Part shown: positions 30,694 through 40,134 of the stretch, piece after piece
How positions within the stretch are numbered: position 1 is the first letter of the stretch
Layout of the letters: each line of letters starts with the position of its first letter
Source: a virus
Taxonomy: Duplodnaviria > Caudoviricetes
Virus record (IMG/VR): IMGVR_UViG_3300046009_012335
Span: 1-54,963 of that record
DNA length: 54,963 bases
Direction: 5' to 3' (one strand)
Notes under the pieces: generated by a model
The model's input: the letters and a program-made list of their open reading frames with translations, nothing else
The model's database searches: none
Told to the model about the DNA's origin: nothing
Position numbers and translations under genes: made by a program

Positions 30694-33043
30694 TTGGTTG
30701 ATTAATTGTTGGAGTTGTTGCTAATGTTGATAAGAACAAGTTTGGTACATAGCTATTATCATAGAAATTAACGGATAAATTGCTGTTTGTAGGTTCATAT
30801 ACCTTTTGGTTTATAGTAGTTACTTCACCGTTACTAATACGTAAGAATAAACTATGTAAAAATATGTTATTACTAAGATCTTTATAAGTTATAACTAAGT
30901 TTAATAGATCTTGTTTCTTATTATGGGCTAACGTTACATTAGTTACATTTATAAATGTATTAACATTATAACTAAAGATATAATCACTTGTGTTAGCAAA
31001 TACGTAATCAGTTATTAGCTTTGAATTAACATTGTAACTTTGTAACGAGATAGTAAATTCTCTATTATTATTTGCAGAGAGAATAGGTGAATCAGTCACC
31101 GTAACCTTTGCAACGTACAATTCATTACCATTGAGATAAACATTACTTGCTTTATCATTTACTGTAGATGTCAATACTAATGGTATTGAAGGAGATTGAT
31201 TAAACTTACCCTCCACAAATATTGGATAATCTACTATTACATACGAAGAAGTTGTAATTACAAAAGTATCACTAAATGTCTCAAAGTTAAGTAACTTGTT
31301 TTGTATATCTGAGGACTGTGCTGGATACTTTGCAAATACATTTGTATAAGCACTAGATAATGGAGTAATTGAACCATCTATAACATTCCATACTAAAAAC
31401 GCTCCAATAGAATTCCTTGTAGCAAAAATCGTATCAGTATTATTGTTATTAACTTGTTGTGTGATTGAAAAGGTATTACTAAATGTACCACTATTCAATA
31501 ATGATTTGATACTACTTAGATAGGGGATGTAAGTTGAAGCAGACAAACCGTAAACTTGAGTACTATTTGACAGTACATTTTCAAAGTTCTTTATATAGTT
31601 AGTATTTTGCTGTTTAAATCCTACATACATATTTCCATATAAATCAGAAACATAACTATACACCACCCCTGCGTTATAGAAACCTTGCATTACACTTTGT
31701 GCTGTACTATTCTGTTCTCTTGAATGATAACTCTCAAAAGTAAAATCATTTTTTGTAACAAATGAATTACCTAATGCAATGTTTGATGAAATGTTTCTTT
31801 GTATCTTATCACCTTGTTGAACAAAGTTAAAAGGTGAATAATGGTCAGTTAGTGTTAATCCTGATATATTACCATAATCATTAGGATCAGGAAACACATA
31901 AACTGTACCATCTCTTACTTCTTGTTTTAAAGTATATCCAAATGGTGTCTGTAGTTGTAAAAGACTTAAACGTGTTGGTTTAAAGAATAAGCCAACATCT
32001 CTTTCATACTTTGTTGAAGATTCTGGGACTGTTAAAGTAGTGGGATTGTAAACATTTAATAAACTTGAGAAAGGTGAAGTAGATTCAAATAATAGACCGC
32101 TTACTACTCCGGTATTAGTTGCACTTAAGTAATAAAAATCTGTACCAGTAAATTTCTTTATTAATTCAGCATTTAAAATTAATCTTAAATTCTCTCTAGT
32201 TCTTTGTCCATAATTAATAAAATCATAATTTTGGAGTAAAGCTAAATCTGGCGTATCAATTGTAACAACTAATTGTTGTAATTGCTCTAAAACTACTCTT
32301 TCAGAATTAATTAAATCAATAATAGCTTGATCGTAATCTAAAAAGATATTTGGTTCAATTACATTTGTATTAGCTGTAAAGTACTTAGCTCTCTCACCTG
32401 TTGCGAAATAGAACTCAGGTGTTTCAAATGGATCTAAGTCGAAGTAATTATTGAAGGTATCATAACCTTCTTCAACTTCTACTTGTAGTTGAGCACTAAC
32501 TGTTGATAAAGGTACGGTAGGAGTAATTTCTGGACCTCTATCACTTGCAAAAATAGATTCAATTATTGTAGTCTTTAAGTAGTTATTAACACCAAAAATA
32601 GAACCTTTATTCTTAGCTAACTCTAAATCTATTGCATACGTATCTCTCTTCTCAGCAAAGTAGAGCAATACTTGTTTAATCTTTGTTGAAAAGAATGGGA
32701 CTGCAACTTCTAAATCTTCATTATTTTCAAAGTCTATGTTCTGTAAGAATCTCTTTTCTTCAGCAGTAGTGTAATTTAAAGTAATTGACTTTAAAAACGA
32801 TATAAACTCTTGTCTAATTATAGAGTTTATATCGTTATATTGAACTAAAGTTACTTCATTCCATTTCTTTAAGTATATCTGATAATCAGTAAATTGAACT
32901 ATCCCGTTATTAAGGGATTTACTGTAATTAAGAAACTCTAAGAATGAAAAAGGTTGAACACTATCAAACTTCTCATCCGCTAGCGTATTTGTAATACTGT
33001 TATATATTACGATATTAGACGTACTATTAGATGTGAAGACCAT
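30674..33043 (-). CDS. Large virion structural protein (possible baseplate wedge gp7-like element)
   Basis: 789 aa, late promoter 33050-33055; KNKGSIFGV resembles the KG(T/S) motif of gp7/gpI-type proteins (weak). Confidence 0.55.
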   Translation of the reverse strand: MVFTSNSTSNIVIYNSITNTLADEKFDSVQPFSFLEFLNYSKSLNNGIVQFTDYQIYLKKWNEVTLVQYNDINSIIRQEFISFLKSITLNYTTAEEKRFLQNIDFENNEDLEVAVPFFSTKIKQVLLYFAEKRDTYAIDLELAKNKGSIFGVNNYLKTTIIESIFASDRGPEITPTVPLSTVSAQLQVEVEEGYDTFNNYFDLDPFETPEFYFATGERAKYFTANTNVIEPNIFLDYDQAIIDLINSERVVLEQLQQLVVTIDTPDLALLQNYDFINYGQRTRENLRLILNAELIKKFTGTDFYYLSATNTGVVSGLLFESTSPFSSLLNVYNPTTLTVPESSTKYERDVGLFFKPTRLSLLQLQTPFGYTLKQEVRDGTVYVFPDPNDYGNISGLTLTDHYSPFNFVQQGDKIQRNISSNIALGNSFVTKNDFTFESYHSREQNSTAQSVMQGFYNAGVVYSYVSDLYGNMYVGFKQQNTNYIKNFENVLSNSTQVYGLSASTYIPYLSSIKSLLNSGTFSNTFSITQQVNNNNTDTIFATRNSIGAFLVWNVIDGSITPLSSAYTNVFAKYPAQSSDIQNKLLNFETFSDTFVITTSSYVIVDYPIFVEGKFNQSPSIPLVLTSTVNDKASNVYLNGNELYVAKVTVTDSPILSANNNREFTISLQSYNVNSKLITDYVFANTSDYIFSYNVNTFINVTNVTLAHNKKQDLLNLVITYKDLSNNIFLHSLFLRISNGEVTTINQKVYEPTNSNLSVNFYDNSYVPNLFLSTLATTPTINQPNGTITF

Positions 33044-33070
33044 TAATAGTATTTATCTAACAGATACTGA

Positions 33071-33412
33071 TTACACGGATGCGCTTAACGAACTTACTAT
33101 AGAACGTAATTGTGCGATTAAAGCAGTTAGCTCAGCTTTTTCAGCTACTAAGAGTTGTTGATTATTCTGTTCTATAATTTGTCTATCACGTTCAAGCTTT
33201 TCAGCATCTGTCATCGGTCTAAACAACTGAGTTTCAATAACTTCAGTTGAAGTTACTTCCCAGGTGCTTCCAAGAAATATAGAATCAACAGCTGATACTT
33301 CAACCAATCTATGTGGTAACCAACCTTCACTCAAAATTTGAGCATGAGTTTTACCTGAAAATGCGCGAGGACCATCAACTTTTTCACCATTAATAACTTT
33401 GCAGTAGTTCAT
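33071..33412 (-). CDS. Small late protein, tail-fibre assembly/chaperone-like
   Basis: GWLP...RPMTDAEK followed by coiled coil; late promoter 33418-33423. Confidence 0.5.
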   Translation of the reverse strand: MNYCKVINGEKVDGPRAFSGKTHAQILSEGWLPHRLVEVSAVDSIFLGSTWEVTSTEVIETQLFRPMTDAEKLERDRQIIEQNNQQLLVAEKAELTALIAQLRSIVSSLSASV

Positions 33413-33432
33413 ATTATTATTTATTTATTAGA

Positions 33433-34119
33433 TTAAAGCTTCAAATCATCATTTCGTCTATTAGGTCTACCGTCCTGAGGTCTGTTAGGAATTGTAGATT
33501 CAGCTTCTTCATCATATGCAAATACCCCTACTTGATGCATAGGAAATAGATCTGCTCTTATAAGCATATCCGATGGACCAATTATACCATTTTTAATAAC
33601 ATGCGCAAGTAAGTTTTTAGCCACGGCCGGATCTATTGAATAAGCATGGGTACGTAGAATAAAATGAAAGTTATGTCCATCAGAAGCATGCGGAGGTGTG
33701 GCATATACACCCCAGTTTTTCTTCACCTGTTCAGCGCTTCCTAAATAACATATACTATTAAACAAAGTATGTTGCCTATAAGGTTTAACCATAACCGCAT
33801 CATGCTCTAATATAACCAAAGGTTTATCATCCATAGCACACTTAGCCCATAGACGTATATGATTTAATGAATTAGCAACTTCACCTTTTCTAAGATAATG
33901 GTCAGATAGTTTAATTAGATTCATTACCGGGCTTTCATTTTCTGGTGGAATTATAGTTTTACCCATTGCATCATAACCATCCCAATATTGCCATGGCATA
34001 CCCACTTTATCACAACTGTCTGAGCATCGTTTACCCAGCTCTTCACTTTTTTTATGACCCTTTACGCGTATAATATACGCGCAATCAATGTCCATATTAT
34101 AGCTGTGTAATAGTTTCAT
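33433..34119 (-). CDS. Glycosyltransferase, GT25-like
   Basis: AYII...WDGYD, GEVANSLNHIRLW, LVILEHDA, THAYSIDPAVAKNLL. Confidence 0.8.
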   Translation of the reverse strand: MKLLHSYNMDIDCAYIIRVKGHKKSEELGKRCSDSCDKVGMPWQYWDGYDAMGKTIIPPENESPVMNLIKLSDHYLRKGEVANSLNHIRLWAKCAMDDKPLVILEHDAVMVKPYRQHTLFNSICYLGSAEQVKKNWGVYATPPHASDGHNFHFILRTHAYSIDPAVAKNLLAHVIKNGIIGPSDMLIRADLFPMHQVGVFAYDEEAESTIPNRPQDGRPNRRNDDLKL

Positions 34120-35863
34120 TTAAAGCTTGTTTAATATCTCTCATTGGTGCAGCCCAGTCTCCATAAACACTTTGCCTAAAGAGTCTAAAACTATCATAGT
34201 AAGGAGTTTTTTCCCCGTCTAATGCATAAAGAAAATAAGGCATTACAGGAATTATAACCCATGTCGGTACACCCATTGCTCCAGCTAAATGACTTACTGA
34301 TGTACATGAACTAATAACTAAATCGCACGAAGCTATTGCATTTTGTGTATCATGCCAAGTATCTAAAGATATTTCCTTTACCCACGATGGTCTATTCTCC
34401 GAACCTTCATCTCTTTGCAATGAAATAAACTCCACATCATTTCTTTGCACAGCATCAAAGAATAATTGATGAGGGAATAACTTATGATGTACGTCTTCAA
34501 ATTGTTTATTTCCTTGCCATCTTAACCCTATTCTAAACTTCTTATTCTTTGGTGTCTTTGGTTTGTCAATATACGGCTTACCGGATATATCTTTCATCTC
34601 ATAACCTAATGGTACAATTGCTGACATACCCTTTACCCATGCATCGTGATATGTGCCATACTCTGCGTCATGTTGAATAGCACTAGATATGTAAGGTAGC
34701 TGGTTGAAGAAAGGTACTAATTGTCCTGAACATGAAACTACAACTTTATTTCCAAGTTCATGTAATACTTTTGCATATCTAACTTGATGAAATTGATCAC
34801 CTAAACCACCCTCTAATTGAATAAGAATAGTACCTTTTTGTTTACCATCCCAAAGTGGTTGTTTTGTATTAGCAGTAGAATTGCCAAATACCTGCACTAA
34901 ACGACCTCTATCTAAAAGTCTATAACCTTCTTGTATTCTACCTTGTCTAAGAAAATACCAACCTCTATTGAAAGCTGCTCTATGATTTAAAGGTTGCTCA
35001 TGTTCTATTTTTAAAGCTAATCTCCAACCTTCTTCAAAATTACCCATTGTAGAAGCAGTTAACTGTAGGTCTAAATCCGTAATAATAGGTGTAGTACGAG
35101 GTCTATCTAACCAAAATTCAGGATGACAATATTGAGCATAATAATTACCTAGTACATCTTGCGGTGATTCTTTATGCTGATGTTCTAATTTCGGTTTAAT
35201 ATCATGCATTCCAGGGTAATGATGAATACCTTCATCATCTTCTTTTACCGTTGAGCCGTCGATATTATTAAAATCGTATTTAAAAGCCTTTATACCTAAA
35301 AACTTGTGAATTCTCTTTAATTCAGTTTTCGGATCTTTGATAAGATCATCATACTCCACGAACAGAAAGCATTCTTTATCAAATTGATAACCAGCCAATA
35401 GTGATTGATATGATGCTCGTAAGTGGGTTGATAATTCACCGCCTTGTAAAAACTCATCTAAATTCTTAGGTTTAGCTATTCTAACAAAACTAGCCATACA
35501 ATCAGGTATACTACGAACTGTAGCAATAATTTTAGGCTTTCTTCCTAATACCTGTGTCATTGCCGACATAATAATAGGTATTGGCCACCCTCTACTCTTG
35601 TCAATAATAATAGGCTTATCAGTATCCTCATTATAGTAGCCTTGAATTAAGCCACGCATAGCTTGAGCTAATTTAGTTCTATTTGGATCAGATTCATTAA
35701 GCAATGGTGCTCTATGCCACGTATTTGCTAAACCGTCTAATGCAAATACCAAACCTGAAGTTGTGGAGACATGAAATTGCGGATTTTGATTTAAAATAGC
35801 CGCTAATACTGTTGACCCGCTTCTTGGTAAACCTGAAAGAAAGTGTAATGTTTTATCGTTCAT
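34097..35863 (-). CDS. Sulfotransferase - TPR - GT9-like glycosyltransferase fusion
   Basis: N-terminal SGLPRSGST (PAPS loop), DKSRGW, KIIATVR, VEYDDL..P; central TPR-like helices; EGGLGD, IGLRWQG, FISLQ, CDLVISSCTSVSHLAGAMGVPTW. Confidence 0.85.
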   Translation of the reverse strand: MNDKTLHFLSGLPRSGSTVLAAILNQNPQFHVSTTSGLVFALDGLANTWHRAPLLNESDPNRTKLAQAMRGLIQGYYNEDTDKPIIIDKSRGWPIPIIMSAMTQVLGRKPKIIATVRSIPDCMASFVRIAKPKNLDEFLQGGELSTHLRASYQSLLAGYQFDKECFLFVEYDDLIKDPKTELKRIHKFLGIKAFKYDFNNIDGSTVKEDDEGIHHYPGMHDIKPKLEHQHKESPQDVLGNYYAQYCHPEFWLDRPRTTPIITDLDLQLTASTMGNFEEGWRLALKIEHEQPLNHRAAFNRGWYFLRQGRIQEGYRLLDRGRLVQVFGNSTANTKQPLWDGKQKGTILIQLEGGLGDQFHQVRYAKVLHELGNKVVVSCSGQLVPFFNQLPYISSAIQHDAEYGTYHDAWVKGMSAIVPLGYEMKDISGKPYIDKPKTPKNKKFRIGLRWQGNKQFEDVHHKLFPHQLFFDAVQRNDVEFISLQRDEGSENRPSWVKEISLDTWHDTQNAIASCDLVISSCTSVSHLAGAMGVPTWVIIPVMPYFLYALDGEKTPYYDSFRLFRQSVYGDWAAPMRDIKQALNETITQL

Positions 35864-35872
35864 GGACGATAT

Positions 35873-35900
35873 ATATTACATTTAAATAATGAGAAATCAA
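35873..35900 (-). promoter_or_regulatory. Sigma70-like promoter (TTGATT-N16-TAATAT) for the sulfotransferase/GT operon
   Basis: Same TTGATT box as upstream of dut and the nuclease. Confidence 0.5.
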
Positions 35901-35909
35901 TATAATAGA

Positions 35910-38900
35910 TTAGAGTGGTGTGACTTTAAGCCCTGAAAAAGCAGTTTGTTGACCACCTAAAGTACCACCATCATTATCACTCGCAATACCGAAATAATAA
36001 GAACTTGCAATAGATTCATTAAGAGTAATTTCTGGTGAAAATAAAGCACCGCTTCTCGTCCAATCGTTTTGACCTTGAGTTACTGCAAAACGACATCTAC
36101 CTAATGAAGGTTCATGATAAAAATGTAAAGTGTACCAGGTATTGAGAGAATATGTTCCACTGGTTCCATTAGTACCATTTGAATATCCGTAAATAACCGG
36201 TTGAGGGCAGTTCATTTGTGCAGCTATTCTACTACTTTGCGCCCCCCAGGTCCAAATCGGTGATGTTCTTCCATTACTTGTAGGCCATATTGCAACACCT
36301 GGGTCACCGCAGTTATCGGAATTTACATTGTAAAAAGAAACTTGGAATAAATTGTTGCCTGAATAAGACGCGGTTGGCTGCACCGTGTAAACAAATCCAG
36401 TGGCGGCGTCTCCAACTGTACGTAATCCTTGAGAGACATTCCAATCATATGCATAGTTCGGCGCGCTAGTTGCTGTAAACGTGCTAATTCCAGCTGGTGC
36501 AGAGGATGCAAAGAAATTCCATAAAGTTTGTGGAGGAGATGAGGATGGAGTTGGTGTTGGTGTTCTAGAAGGCGTTATCGACGGTGTAGGTGATGGGAAA
36601 ATAGGAACAAATTCAATTGCAAAGCTAAAACCTGAACCTCCGTCTGGCTCAATCCAATTAGTATTAGCACCTACTTGTACCGGAGATGACCTATTCACTC
36701 TATCATTCAGCCCAAGTTCTCCATAACTACTATTACTACCCCAGGTCCATAAAGTTCCATCAGTCTTTATAGCAATACTATTTTGCTCACCTATCCCAAT
36801 GCTTGACCAATTAGTTAATGCACCTACTTGTACTGGTGATGATCTGTTAGTAGAATCACCTAACCCAAGCATACCTGATACGTTATAGCCCCATGACCAA
36901 AGAGTATTATCTGTTTTTATGGCTATACAATTCCAATATGAACCGGTAATCTTAGACCAATTAGTTAATGCACCTACTTGTACCGGTGATGATCTGTTGG
37001 TAGAATCACCTAAACCTAAGGCAGTAAAACTATTACTACCCCAAGCCCATAACGTACCATCAGTTTTAATTGCAAAAGAACTCGCTATAGCTGATGTCAC
37101 TTGTGACCAATTTGTTAATACACCGACTTGTACCGGTGATGATCGATACACAGTATCATTTAAACCTAATTCTCCATTTGTATTGCTACCCCAGGCCCAT
37201 AATGTACCATCAGTCTTAACTGCAATTGCAGATCTATTTTTTATTGAAACTTTTGACCAAGTTGTACCAACGCCTACTTGCACCGGTGATGATCTGTTAT
37301 TAGTATCTCCTAAACCTAACTGACCATGTCCGTTAGATCCCCAAGTCCATAAAGTTCCATCAGTTTTTACAGCTAAAACAGTACCGGTACCACCACCCCA
37401 TGCACTAACAGAAAACACAGACCAATTGGTTAATGCGCCTATTTGAGTAAATGTATTCTGTGCAGTAGTGTTATTTAAACCTAAATTACCCGCAGCGTTT
37501 TGCCCTGTACCCCAAATAGTTCCATCTCTACGTGTACCGATTGAATACCATCTACCACCCTGAACATGTTTCCAATTAACAGCTGTACCTACCTGTACCG
37601 GTGAAGAGCGAGTTGCGGAAGTACCATCCCCCAAATTACCATCACCACCATAACCCCATGCATATAATTTATATTGATCAACTAATGAGGTAGAAGGTGT
37701 AACTGTTGGAGTAGGAGTTAATGAAGGGGTTCTAGATGGAGTTAAGGTAGGTGTTACTGATGGGGTAGGTGTAACTGAAGGAGTCTGAGATGGTGATGAG
37801 GTAACGGTAGGAGTTACTGATGATGTTAATGAAGGTGTTCTTGACGGAGTAAGAGATGGTGTTCTAGATGGAGTGAGTGATGGAGTTACAGATGGTGTAG
37901 AAGTTAATGAAGGTGTTATTGATGGTGTTCTTGATGGAGTTACAGATGGTGTGGAGGTTAATGAAGGTGTTACGGATGGTGTTAGTGAAGGTGTTACAGA
38001 TGGTGTGGAAGTTAATGAAGGTGTTCTTGATGGGGTAAGAGATGGTGTTATAGAAGTAGTTGGTGTTACAGACGACGTTAATGAAGGTGTTCTTGTTGGG
38101 GTTATAGATGGTGTAGGGGTTATTGATGACGTAACTGATGGTGTTCTTGTTGGAGTGAGTGATGGGGTTATAGACGATGTTACCGATGGTGTAGGTGTTT
38201 CAGAAGGGGTTATGGAAGGTGTCTCAGAAGGAGTAACAGAAGGTGACACTGATTGTGTAGGTGTTTCAGATGGAGTAATTGATTGAGTTACAGTTGGTGT
38301 CTCTGAAGGTGTCACTGAAGGAGTTGCTGTCTCAGATGGAGTTAATGAAGGTGTTAATGAAGGTGTTGCTGTCTCAGATGGTGTTTCAGATGGAGTGACT
38401 GTTACTGAATTTGTTGGTGTGTATGACGGTGTAGTCGAAGGTGTCTCAGAAGGTGTTAACGAAGGTGTTACTGATTCGGAAGGTGTTTCAGAAGGGGTAA
38501 TGGAAGGTGAAGCTGCAGGTGTTTCAGATGGAGTCGCAGATGGAGTTATAGAAGGTGTTTCTGAAGGAGTTACTGATGGAGATAACTGTAATGATGAAGA
38601 TACTGACGGTGTAGGAGTTACCGATGATGATTCTGATGAAGTCGGTGTCAATGACGGGGTAATTGATACTGTCATTGACGGTGTTATAGAAGGCGTTTCT
38701 GATGGTGTCTCAGATGGAGTATTTGAGACTGAAGGGGTTATTGAAACTGAAGATGTAATTGATGGGGTCTCAGACGGTGTTATAGAAGGTGTTTCTGACG
38801 GCGTCTCAGATGGTGTGATTGAAACTGATGATGTAATTGATGGTGTTTCTGATGGTGTTAACGAAGGTGTTACAGAAATAGATTCAGATACTGACGGTGT

Positions 38901-39320
38901 AATTGTCGGGGTTTCAGAAGGTGTGATAGATGGCGTTTCACTAATTGACGGTGTTAATGACGCTGCTACAGTTTGTGAAGGCGTAGCTGTAGGCGTTTCA
39001 GATGGTGATATAGATTCTGATGGCGTTACTGTAGGGGTTAATGACGGTGTTTCTGAAGGAGTAATTGATGGTGTTAATGACGGTGTCTCTGATGGGGTAA
39101 TTGATAAAGACAATGACGGTGTAACTGATGGTGTTGTTGACGGTATTAATGGAGCTTCAGAAAGAGATGGTGTTGAAGATGGTGTTATCGAAGGCGTAGG
39201 TGTGGGTGATATTACTATAAATGAGCTTGAAGGTGTAGGGGTGGGGGATATTGTAAATATGGGGGTAGGTGCTAGAAAGGCAGCACTGAATACAGCATAT
39301 TGTGAAGCACCGAACGGCAT
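35910..39320 (-). CDS. Mucin-like stalk fibre protein with RCC1 beta-propeller and C-terminal beta-sandwich
   Basis: MPFGA N-terminus, about 520 aa S/T/P repeats, about seven 50-aa RCC1 repeats (AIKTDGTLWxWGxN..G.LGL.D..NRSSPVQVG), 200-aa terminal domain. Confidence 0.88.
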   Translation of the reverse strand: MPFGASQYAVFSAAFLAPTPIFTISPTPTPSSSFIVISPTPTPSITPSSTPSLSEAPLIPSTTPSVTPSLSLSITPSETPSLTPSITPSETPSLTPTVTPSESISPSETPTATPSQTVAASLTPSISETPSITPSETPTITPSVSESISVTPSLTPSETPSITSSVSITPSETPSETPSITPSETPSITSSVSITPSVSNTPSETPSETPSITPSMTVSITPSLTPTSSESSSVTPTPSVSSSLQLSPSVTPSETPSITPSATPSETPAASPSITPSETPSESVTPSLTPSETPSTTPSYTPTNSVTVTPSETPSETATPSLTPSLTPSETATPSVTPSETPTVTQSITPSETPTQSVSPSVTPSETPSITPSETPTPSVTSSITPSLTPTRTPSVTSSITPTPSITPTRTPSLTSSVTPTTSITPSLTPSRTPSLTSTPSVTPSLTPSVTPSLTSTPSVTPSRTPSITPSLTSTPSVTPSLTPSRTPSLTPSRTPSLTSSVTPTVTSSPSQTPSVTPTPSVTPTLTPSRTPSLTPTPTVTPSTSLVDQYKLYAWGYGGDGNLGDGTSATRSSPVQVGTAVNWKHVQGGRWYSIGTRRDGTIWGTGQNAAGNLGLNNTTAQNTFTQIGALTNWSVFSVSAWGGGTGTVLAVKTDGTLWTWGSNGHGQLGLGDTNNRSSPVQVGVGTTWSKVSIKNRSAIAVKTDGTLWAWGSNTNGELGLNDTVYRSSPVQVGVLTNWSQVTSAIASSFAIKTDGTLWAWGSNSFTALGLGDSTNRSSPVQVGALTNWSKITGSYWNCIAIKTDNTLWSWGYNVSGMLGLGDSTNRSSPVQVGALTNWSSIGIGEQNSIAIKTDGTLWTWGSNSSYGELGLNDRVNRSSPVQVGANTNWIEPDGGSGFSFAIEFVPIFPSPTPSITPSRTPTPTPSSSPPQTLWNFFASSAPAGISTFTATSAPNYAYDWNVSQGLRTVGDAATGFVYTVQPTASYSGNNLFQVSFYNVNSDNCGDPGVAIWPTSNGRTSPIWTWGAQSSRIAAQMNCPQPVIYGYSNGTNGTSGTYSLNTWYTLHFYHEPSLGRCRFAVTQGQNDWTRSGALFSPEITLNESIASSYYFGIASDNDGGTLGGQQTAFSGLKVTPL
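36640..37665 (-). repeat. RCC1-like coding repeats (about 7 x 150 nt)
   Basis: Recurrent SSPVQVG / KTDGTLW units. Confidence 0.85.
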
Positions 39321-39353
39321 TTCTTTTATTTAATTAAAAAATTAAATTTTAAA

Positions 39354-39665
39354 CTACCACTTACCAATTGGACAAACCATTGATTGTAATTTAGTCTTTA
39401 CAAACATATTACAACCGCATTTAGCACATCTAATAGAGTCAGCAACGTAAAGATCACAACCTTTACATATTTCCATTCTTTCGTTAGACTTTTCTTCTGA
39501 TACTAATAGCTGACCAGTAGATTTAAAATGCTCTATAACTGATTTAGTTGATTGCAAAAGATTAACAGCCATAGTTTTAGCATCTGGCATTGCAGGTCTT
39601 TTGATACTATCAAAGTTTGAAGGTCGTATATTTTTATCCGGTAATTGCGGTCTAGTTGCTTGCAT
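39354..39665 (-). CDS. Small Cys-rich protein (CxxC...CxxCxC...CPxGKW; DUF6171-like)
   Basis: RMEICKGC, RCAKCGC, CPIGKW. Confidence 0.7.
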   Translation of the reverse strand: MQATRPQLPDKNIRPSNFDSIKRPAMPDAKTMAVNLLQSTKSVIEHFKSTGQLLVSEEKSNERMEICKGCDLYVADSIRCAKCGCNMFVKTKLQSMVCPIGKW

Positions 39666-40125
39666 ATCTATTTCTATTTTGATTTTGATGATCTAATTTT
39701 GTTATATTCGTGTTAATGTATGATTGTGTATTTTCATCCCATCTATATAACCATTCATCATTTGGAGGCATAAAGGGAGGTAACATTATGCAATGCTCCT
39801 CGTTTAAAATCCAAGTATATCTTTTTGTTCTATTATAGAACTCAGTTTTTACACTTTCTTGCTTTTCAATTTTTTCTTCCAACGTCATTGGAACGATCTC
39901 AACAACATCAGTTACAGTTACATCGTCAATATAGTCATAACCTAATAGGTTAAATTTTTCATACGGTTTTAAACCAGTTACAGAAGCATATGGTATATAT
40001 TTGATATAGCCTTCAGGTACATTTGTAGTTAAATCTAAATCAGGAAACAACAATTTAATCTCGTTTTCATCATAAGCATAACTGCTATCTATTACGTTAT
40101 CTGTAACTTTAAAGTAATATTTCAT
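39652..40125 (-). CDS. Tail-fibre assembly/chaperone-like protein
   Basis: VPMTLEEKIEKQ, WILNEE, PPFMPPND, YRWDE; directly after a fibre gene. Confidence 0.55.
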   Translation of the reverse strand: MKYYFKVTDNVIDSSYAYDENEIKLLFPDLDLTTNVPEGYIKYIPYASVTGLKPYEKFNLLGYDYIDDVTVTDVVEIVPMTLEEKIEKQESVKTEFYNRTKRYTWILNEEHCIMLPPFMPPNDEWLYRWDENTQSYINTNITKLDHQNQNRNRYASN

Positions 40126-40134
40126 AGAAAAAAA

